A DNA stretch of 64,000 bases from Flavobacteriales bacterium (GTDB lineage: Bacteria > Bacteroidota > Bacteroidia > Palsa-965): the NCBI GenBank assembly GCA_040377305.1, contig JBEIPA010000004.1, positions 96,001 through 160,000 of the forward strand, read 5' to 3'. This document shows positions 57,439 through 64,000 of the stretch, piece by piece; positions within the stretch are counted from its first letter, which is position 1, and each line of letters starts with the position of its first letter. The translations under genes were made by a program, and so were the position numbers. Under the pieces are notes generated by a model. The model ran no database searches. It was given only the letters and a program-made list of their open reading frames with translations, and had not been told where the DNA came from.

Positions 57439-59349
57439 ATGATTCAATTTTCCTGGCTTATTCCTCTTCTCCCACTGCTCGGCTTCACCATAATCGGGCT
57501 GGCTGGCAAGAGACTTTCTAAAGCAATGGTAAATGCCGTTGCCTGCGGAAGCATTTTACTCGCGTTCGGAATTTCTTTCCTCGTATTCTTCGAGCTGAAA
57601 GGAACGCAACACATCGTTGATGTTTTCCAGTGGATCAATGCCGGACAGATGAACATCGGGTTCTCTTTCCAGATCGATTCGCTCTCGTGTTTATTCATGC
57701 TCATCATTACGGGTATCGGATTCCTCATTCACGTGTACTCAACGGGATACATGCACGATGACGAAGGCTACAACCGCTACTTCTCTTACCTGAATCTTTT
57801 CGTGTTCTTCATGTTGCTCCTCGTAATGGGAAGCAATTACATCATCATGTTCGTTGGTTGGGAAGGTGTTGGATTGTGCTCGTACCTCCTCATCGGATTC
57901 TGGTTCAAGAAAACAGAATACAACAACGCTGCAAAGAAAGCTTTCATCGTTAACCGTATCGGTGACCTTGCGTTCCTCATCGCTTTGTTCATGATCTACT
58001 TCAAATTCCAGACGTTCGATTACAACGAAGTGTTTGAACTCGCACACAAGAACGCGTACAACAAAGAGTTCCTGAATGCAGTTGGAATCCTCCTCTTCAT
58101 TGGAGCCTGCGGTAAGTCGGCACAGATTCCATTGTACACCTGGCTTCCGGATGCAATGGCGGGCCCAACTCCTGTATCTGCACTCATCCACGCTGCAACT
58201 ATGGTTACGTCCGGCATCTACATGATCACGCGTTCTGCTGTTATCTATGCAAATGCTCCGGTGGCCAGTGAAGTAGTTGCAATTGTTGGTTTGCTTACAG
58301 CACTTTTCGCTGCGACAATCGGATTGTTCCAGAACGACATTAAAAAAGTGCTCGCCTATTCAACAGTCAGCCAGCTCGGACTAATGTTCCTCGGACTTGG
58401 TGTTGGTGCATTCACGGGTGGAGTTTTCCACGTGATGACACACGCTTTCTTCAAGGCGCTGTTGTTCCTCTGTGCAGGATCTGTGATTCACGCAATGAGC
58501 GGAGAACAAGACATCCGCAAAATGGGCGGATTGAAAAAAGTACTTCCGATTACGCATCTTACTTTTCTAATCGGCACTCTTGCGATTTCCGGCTTACCTC
58601 CATTCTCTGGTTTCTTCTCGAAAGATGAAATTCTTGCAGGAGCGTACGAACACAATCAGCTCTATTGGTTACTTGGTGTCATCGCTTCTATCATGACTGC
58701 ATTCTACATGTTCCGCTTGTACTTCCTTACTTTCTATGGTGACTTCCGCGGAACACAACATCAAAAGGAACATTTGCACGAGTCACCAAAGAGTATGACT
58801 GTTCCGTTAATGGTCCTTGCAGTACTTGCAGCACTTGGCGGATTTGTAGGAATGCCTGATGGATTCCTTGGAATTCATTCCGTGAAGCACGTGCTGCATG
58901 GATACTTGAGTTCAACGTATGATGATGGGTTCGCCGGAACATGGATTGGTGGAGCTGCACACTTCAATGCACACGAAGCTTTGCTCATGATTCTTGCTGT
59001 CGGAGGTGCACTCGCTGCAATCTATTTCGCGTACATGATGTACCGCAAACACGGCGTGTTACCTGATGCGTCTGAGGCAACAATGAGCAAAACTCATCGC
59101 ACCGTTTACAACAAATACTACGTCGATGAGATTTACGATGCAATCATCCGCAAACCACTCGACAAAATTTCTGATTACACCTACCGCTTCTTCGAAATCA
59201 AAGTAGTAGACAGTTTCGTGAACGGCATTGGAACTATGACACGACGTGCAGGTGATGTTGTGAAGCTCATGCAGGCCGGAACACTCGGCTTCTATGTATT
59301 TGCAATGACCATCGCGGTGATTCTCATTTTCGCTTACAAATTTTTCTGA
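57439..59349 (+). CDS. nuoL: NADH-quinone oxidoreductase subunit L
   Basis: GWEGVG, GKSAQIPL.TWLPDAMAGPTPVSALIHAATMV. Confidence 0.97.
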   Translation: MIQFSWLIPLLPLLGFTIIGLAGKRLSKAMVNAVACGSILLAFGISFLVFFELKGTQHIVDVFQWINAGQMNIGFSFQIDSLSCLFMLIITGIGFLIHVYSTGYMHDDEGYNRYFSYLNLFVFFMLLLVMGSNYIIMFVGWEGVGLCSYLLIGFWFKKTEYNNAAKKAFIVNRIGDLAFLIALFMIYFKFQTFDYNEVFELAHKNAYNKEFLNAVGILLFIGACGKSAQIPLYTWLPDAMAGPTPVSALIHAATMVTSGIYMITRSAVIYANAPVASEVVAIVGLLTALFAATIGLFQNDIKKVLAYSTVSQLGLMFLGLGVGAFTGGVFHVMTHAFFKALLFLCAGSVIHAMSGEQDIRKMGGLKKVLPITHLTFLIGTLAISGLPPFSGFFSKDEILAGAYEHNQLYWLLGVIASIMTAFYMFRLYFLTFYGDFRGTQHQKEHLHESPKSMTVPLMVLAVLAALGGFVGMPDGFLGIHSVKHVLHGYLSSTYDDGFAGTWIGGAAHFNAHEALLMILAVGGALAAIYFAYMMYRKHGVLPDASEATMSKTHRTVYNKYYVDEIYDAIIRKPLDKISDYTYRFFEIKVVDSFVNGIGTMTRRAGDVVKLMQAGTLGFYVFAMTIAVILIFAYKFF

Positions 59350-59368
59350 TCAGCATACTGAATAAGTT

Positions 59369-60880
59369 ATGATAACAGCATTATTAATCGGTCTACCGCT
59401 CGTTGCAGCACTCCTCCTACTCTTTTCGAGTGGAGAAGGTGCAAAGAAGATTGCGCTGCTTGCAGGAGTTGCCGAACTCGGTCTCGCGATTTTCGCCTTC
59501 TGGTTCATGCGCACTGCACCACGCGATGAAGTTTATGTTGGCAGAATGATGATGGATGTTCCGTGGATTCAATCCATTGGCGTTCACTTCAACGTTGGTC
59601 TCGACGGCATCAGCATGGTGCTCGTATTGCTTACTGCGTTCCTTGTGCCTTTGATTATCCTCAGCGGATTTGAAAAGAAATACGAGAACCCTTCTCTCTT
59701 CTACGCGCTCATGCTGTTCATGCAAATGGCACTTGTTGGCGTGTTCGTTGCAAAAGACGGATTCCTCTTCTACGTCTTCTGGGAACTCGCACTGATTCCG
59801 ATTTACTTCATATGCTTATTGTGGGGCGGAGAAAATCGCCGCAAGATTACATTCAAATTCTTCGTGTACACACTCGCAGGAAGTTTATTCATGCTCGCTG
59901 CATTAATCTTGCTGTACATGAATACTCCGATTAACGTTGCTGGCACGCATTCATTTGCAATTGATGCGCTGTATGATGCTGGTCAACACGTCTTGAGTCC
60001 AACAGAACAGGCTTGTGTCTTCTGGGGTTTCTTCCTGGCGTTCGCAATCAAGATGCCGATATTTCCTTTCCACACCTGGCAACCGGATACATACGTAACT
60101 GCTCCTACCCAAGGAACCATGTTGCTTTCCGGAATTATGCTGAAGATGGGAACATACGGAGTTCTTCGCTGGATGTTGCCAATGACTCCGGAAGCGTTCA
60201 GTACGTACGCACCAATTGTTGTCGGACTTTCAGTAGCAAGTGTCGTGTACGCATCGTGCCTGGCAATCGTCCAGAAAGATTTCAAGCGACTTATTGCATA
60301 TTCTTCAATTGCCCACGTAGGATTAATCGCTGCAGGACTTTTCGCGTTCAACATGAAGTCGGGTGCAACAGAAGGTTTGAGTGGCGCTCTGATGCAGATG
60401 TTTGCACACGGTGTGAACGTTGTTGGTTTGTTCTTCATTGCTGATATCATTCTGAACAAAACCGGCACACGTGAAATGAACAAGCTCGGCGGAATCAGAA
60501 ATGTTTCTCCTCAGTTTGCCGCGATGTTCCTCATCATTCTGCTTGGATCAGTTGCGCTTCCATTGACGAACGGATTCGTTGGAGAATTCCTGTTGTTGAA
60601 TGGAATTTACCAATACAGCGCATGGGCTTGTGCAATTGCCGGTCTCACTGTAATTCTCGGAGCAGTTTATATGTTGCGCAGTTATCAGGTTGTCATGCTT
60701 GGAGAAACGAACAGCGTTACCTCCGGATTCGCAGCATTAACAGGAAATGAAAAAGCAGTGTTGCTCATTGTGTGCGCAGCAGTGTTGGCGTTCGGTGTGT
60801 ATCCGAAACCACTTCTCGATATTATGCAGGCAGATGTGCAGAACCTCGCAGCGTTCATCACGTCGAATGCAAAACCTTAG
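59369..60880 (+). CDS. nuoM: NADH-quinone oxidoreductase subunit M
   Basis: FYVFWE, IKMP.FPFHTW, KRLIAYSS. Confidence 0.97.
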   Translation: MITALLIGLPLVAALLLLFSSGEGAKKIALLAGVAELGLAIFAFWFMRTAPRDEVYVGRMMMDVPWIQSIGVHFNVGLDGISMVLVLLTAFLVPLIILSGFEKKYENPSLFYALMLFMQMALVGVFVAKDGFLFYVFWELALIPIYFICLLWGGENRRKITFKFFVYTLAGSLFMLAALILLYMNTPINVAGTHSFAIDALYDAGQHVLSPTEQACVFWGFFLAFAIKMPIFPFHTWQPDTYVTAPTQGTMLLSGIMLKMGTYGVLRWMLPMTPEAFSTYAPIVVGLSVASVVYASCLAIVQKDFKRLIAYSSIAHVGLIAAGLFAFNMKSGATEGLSGALMQMFAHGVNVVGLFFIADIILNKTGTREMNKLGGIRNVSPQFAAMFLIILLGSVALPLTNGFVGEFLLLNGIYQYSAWACAIAGLTVILGAVYMLRSYQVVMLGETNSVTSGFAALTGNEKAVLLIVCAAVLAFGVYPKPLLDIMQADVQNLAAFITSNAKP

Positions 60881-60928
60881 AACATTAGCCTGCCCGACTT
60901 AACGAAGGCGGGCGTACCGAATTAAGAT

Positions 60929-62353
60929 ATGAAAGCAATTCTTTTACTCTCCGGACTAGGCGTACTCGCGCTTTTCGCAGAACTGTTCAAGTTCCGCAAA
61001 GCGCTATTCCCGCTTGTCATCCTAGGACTTCTCGGCACAATCGCCACTGCAGTTTCTTATTGGTGGTTCGATGACGGCGAATACGCGAAGTACTTCGGCA
61101 ACATGGTGAACTTCGAAGGTTCTTCGGTTGTTACCTCGGTAGTCATCCTTGGAACTGCACTGCTGTGGTTCATCATGTCAGGAAAATACCTGAGCACGGA
61201 AACTTCGGAAACAGATCACACGGCACTAATTATGTTCTCGCTGGTAGGTGCACTCATTCTCACCTGCTATACAAACATGGTGATGCTCTTCCTTGGAATT
61301 GAAATCCTTTCTATTCCGCTGTACGTGCTCGCGGGCAGCCGCAAGAATGAACCGGGCTCACAAGAAGCTGCGTTCAAGTATTTCATGTTAGGCGCTTTTG
61401 CATCTGGCTTTCTCTTGTTCGGAATTGCACTCGTGTTTGGCGCAACCGGAACATTCGACGGTAATGCAATGGGCAATTACATCATCGAGAACAAAGCAAC
61501 ACTTCCGGGATTCTTCTACGGAGGTGTGATTATGATTTTGGTTGGATTGCTTTTCAAAATTGGTGCCGCTCCATTCCACTTCTGGGCCCCGGATGTTTAT
61601 CAAGGTTCTCCTACCGTGTTCACCGCTTTCATGGCGACGGTTGTGAAGACTGCTGCAATTGTTGCAATCCTCCGTCTCTTCCACACCAAAATGCTGGGTG
61701 GTGTTTCTGATTTCTGGATTCCTATTCTTGCGATCTGTGTTGGACTCACATTCGTCATCGGAAATCTTTCTGCAGCCGTACAAACGAGTGTGAAGCGTAT
61801 GCTCGCATTCTCGAGTATTTCTCACGCTGGATTTTTATTACTTGCAATTGTTGCTGCATCAGCATTCACACCGAAAGCAATCATCTTCTACACGATCGCG
61901 TATTCGGTTGCATCTATCCTTGCGTTCACCGTTCTTATCAGCGTAATCCGCGCAACTGGAAAAGATGAAGTAGACGGCTTCAACGGACTCGGAAAGAAAA
62001 ATCCCCTACTCGCTGTTGTGATGTGCATTTCACTGTTGTCGCTCGCCGGTATTCCGCCAACCGCCGGATTCTTCGCGAAGTATTATGTACTCACTGCTGC
62101 AATCGGTAGTGGCCACTATTGGCTGGCAATCATCGGAATTCTTTCTTCACTCGTTGGCGTGTATTACTACTTCAAGATCATCATCGCGATGTACTTCAAA
62201 GAAGCGAAAGAAGAATTGGAATACACTTCCGATGCACAACATCAGGCTTTGCTTTTCATTACCGCAGTCGCAACAATTGTACTCGGATTGCTTCCTGATC
62301 TCATTCTGAATATCGGTTCACCAGCAGTAGTTGTTGCGGACGCGATTCAGTAA
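60929..62353 (+). CDS. nuoN: NADH-quinone oxidoreductase subunit N
   Basis: EAAFKYF, PFHFWAPDVYQG, GIPPTAGF. Confidence 0.97.
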   Translation: MKAILLLSGLGVLALFAELFKFRKALFPLVILGLLGTIATAVSYWWFDDGEYAKYFGNMVNFEGSSVVTSVVILGTALLWFIMSGKYLSTETSETDHTALIMFSLVGALILTCYTNMVMLFLGIEILSIPLYVLAGSRKNEPGSQEAAFKYFMLGAFASGFLLFGIALVFGATGTFDGNAMGNYIIENKATLPGFFYGGVIMILVGLLFKIGAAPFHFWAPDVYQGSPTVFTAFMATVVKTAAIVAILRLFHTKMLGGVSDFWIPILAICVGLTFVIGNLSAAVQTSVKRMLAFSSISHAGFLLLAIVAASAFTPKAIIFYTIAYSVASILAFTVLISVIRATGKDEVDGFNGLGKKNPLLAVVMCISLLSLAGIPPTAGFFAKYYVLTAAIGSGHYWLAIIGILSSLVGVYYYFKIIIAMYFKEAKEELEYTSDAQHQALLFITAVATIVLGLLPDLILNIGSPAVVVADAIQ

Positions 62354-62396
62354 TAGCATACTCGCCTGCATGTGCAGGTTGAAATAATTCTCGCCA

Positions 62397-63698
62397 TTGA
62401 AAAAGCTTAGCCTCACCGCCTGGATTCTTATTTCACTCGTTGGCGGAATCATTGCCGGCGTCATCGCGCACGATATGATATGGGGAAATATGGTGCTCGA
62501 TAAGCTCGATCCCGATATTCAGGCTGCAGTCAGAAATTACGCAGGAGAACAGTTGAAAGGCTTCAAACTTTGCAGCGACGTTTTCCTCAGCCTTGTGAAA
62601 GTAATTGTTGCTCCACTCGTGTTTTCACTGTTGCTCGTTGGACTTGTCAAGACCGGCAACTTCAAAGCCATGGGTCGCATCGGATTGAAAACGATGATCT
62701 ATTTCACCGGCGCTACGTTAATCGCATTGTCGATGGGTCTTATCATCGTGAACGTTTTCGAACCTGGAAAATCGCTGATTGATCATGGAATGATGCCTCT
62801 CGCCGGATCGAGTGTTGCACAACCGAAAGCCTTTAATCTTACAGAATTCGTTCTGCACATTTTTCCGAAGAACATCATTGATGCAATGGCGCACAACGAT
62901 ATACTTCCGATCATCGTCTTCGTATTGTTCTTCGCTGCTGCTGTTTCTGCAGTTGGCGAACGCGGAAAAATTGTACTCGATTTCTTCGATGCGATTTCAC
63001 ACATCATGTTGAAAGTAACAAGCTATGTGATGTTCTTCGCACCTCTTGCTGTTTTCGGAGCGGTTGCGGCCGTCATAGGATTGAACGGCCTTGGCGTCTT
63101 ACTCGGTTACGGAAAAATGATCCTCTGCTTCTTCGGTGGGCTCACTGTATTTGTTTTCGGCGTGTTGCCCGTCATCTGTTATTTTTTCCGCGTCAATTAC
63201 TGGCGACTGCTTGGATTGATCCGTGAGCCGATGATGATTGCATTCGGAACTTCTTCTTCGGAAGCTGCAATGCCGAAAACAATTACAGCGCTCGAACGTT
63301 TCGGTTGTCCTGATCGCATCATCGGATTTGTTCTTCCACTGGGTTACTCTTTCAATCTTGACGGTTCGATCATGTACATGACATTCGCAACAGTTACAAT
63401 TGCTCAGTTCACGGGTGTCGACATGCCATTGAAAGAACAGATTCTGATGATGTTGATGTTGCTCGTAACCAGCAAAGGACTCGCTGGAGTTCCTCGCGCA
63501 TCACTCGTTGTCATTTCCGGTATGTGCGCTGCATTCGGCATTCCCGCTGAAGGAATTCTTCTCATAATGGCTGTCGATTGGCTTCTCGACATGGGTCGCT
63601 CTGCTACGAACGTTGCGGGTAATGCGGTTGCAACTGCTGTTGTTTCCAAGTGGGAAAAATCGCTCGGCGATCCTAAACCCGAAGAACAACCTGCATAG
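62397..63698 (+). CDS. Dicarboxylate/amino acid:cation symporter (DAACS, GltP-like)
   Basis: FGTSSSEA, PLGYSFNLDGS, SKGLAGVPRA, DMGRSATNV; TTG start. Confidence 0.93.
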   Translation: MKKLSLTAWILISLVGGIIAGVIAHDMIWGNMVLDKLDPDIQAAVRNYAGEQLKGFKLCSDVFLSLVKVIVAPLVFSLLLVGLVKTGNFKAMGRIGLKTMIYFTGATLIALSMGLIIVNVFEPGKSLIDHGMMPLAGSSVAQPKAFNLTEFVLHIFPKNIIDAMAHNDILPIIVFVLFFAAAVSAVGERGKIVLDFFDAISHIMLKVTSYVMFFAPLAVFGAVAAVIGLNGLGVLLGYGKMILCFFGGLTVFVFGVLPVICYFFRVNYWRLLGLIREPMMIAFGTSSSEAAMPKTITALERFGCPDRIIGFVLPLGYSFNLDGSIMYMTFATVTIAQFTGVDMPLKEQILMMLMLLVTSKGLAGVPRASLVVISGMCAAFGIPAEGILLIMAVDWLLDMGRSATNVAGNAVATAVVSKWEKSLGDPKPEEQPA

Positions 63699-63903
63699 AT
63701 TATTTGAATTCTCAAATTGCTTTCGCGGTTCAATGATGCTCCTGCCTTTCGTTGTGCAAAACATGACCGTGATCAGTTTTTGTATTTGTATTCAAAGGTT
63801 CATCGAAATAAAAGGCGTTTTGTCGAAGAAACTTTCAAGTGCTTGCCAGTTGCAGTAAATTTGAGTGTGTAGTTCGGATGATCCCCAACTCGAAGCAATA
63901 GGC

Positions 63904-64000
63904 ATGAAGCGCGCAGTAACTATAGTCTTGTTATTTGGTTTGTTGATTACACAGACTGAGCTGTATCAGCTTCTGAAGCTTCCGGTTGTTTTTCAGCATT
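63904..64000 (+). CDS. 5' part of a small Bacteroidota protein, truncated by the window edge
   Basis: Reads MKRAVTIVLLFGLLITQTELYQLLKLPVVFQH; the TELxQLLKLP pattern is one I recall upstream of heavy-metal efflux genes. Confidence 0.55.
   Translation, partial: MKRAVTIVLLFGLLITQTELYQLLKLPVVFQH

Noticed and set aside
49165-62353. nuo operon as a novelty
   Set aside because: Canonical A-N order with the expected motifs; a housekeeping locus.
1-64000. CRISPR array, cas genes, rRNA, IS transposase or reverse transcriptase
   Set aside because: No repeat-spacer array or matching protein motifs were seen. The 10508-10581 array has short palindromes with A-tract spacers, not unique spacers.

Overview
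Bacteroidota chromosomal window, judged from T9SS C-terminal sorting domains, TAnnTTTG promoter boxes and a short NuoG. Left to right: (1) the right end of an integrative element (ECF sigma factor, xis-like HTH, tyrosine integrase) beside the 3' end of tRNA-Asn(GTT); (2) a PfkB kinase and several envelope proteins; (3) a minus-strand cassette of a small CPxxC protein, a multi-TM protein, a single-TM HisKA_3 kinase and a NarL regulator, with an array of GTA-N4-TAC palindromes upstream; (4) DUF3606-like, HNH and XRE genes, then three AT-rich T9SS genes; (5) a TPR-SpoIIE membrane phosphatase abutting a cluster of three exported C14 caspase-like proteases and a small exported Trp/Tyr-rich pro-protein with Arg-Gly motifs; (6) YceI, PIN-PhoH, two paralogous giant T9SS propeller proteins, GmhB-like, GT-C-like, lipoprotein and WG-repeat genes; (7) a complete nuoA-N operon and a DAACS symporter. 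The two best candidates for undescribed systems are the exported metacaspase cascade (18515-26422) and the putative peptide-signalling cassette (7899-10581). They may be linked, because the same GTA-N4-TAC motif occurs upstream of both. All family calls come from motif recognition by eye; no database searches were run.
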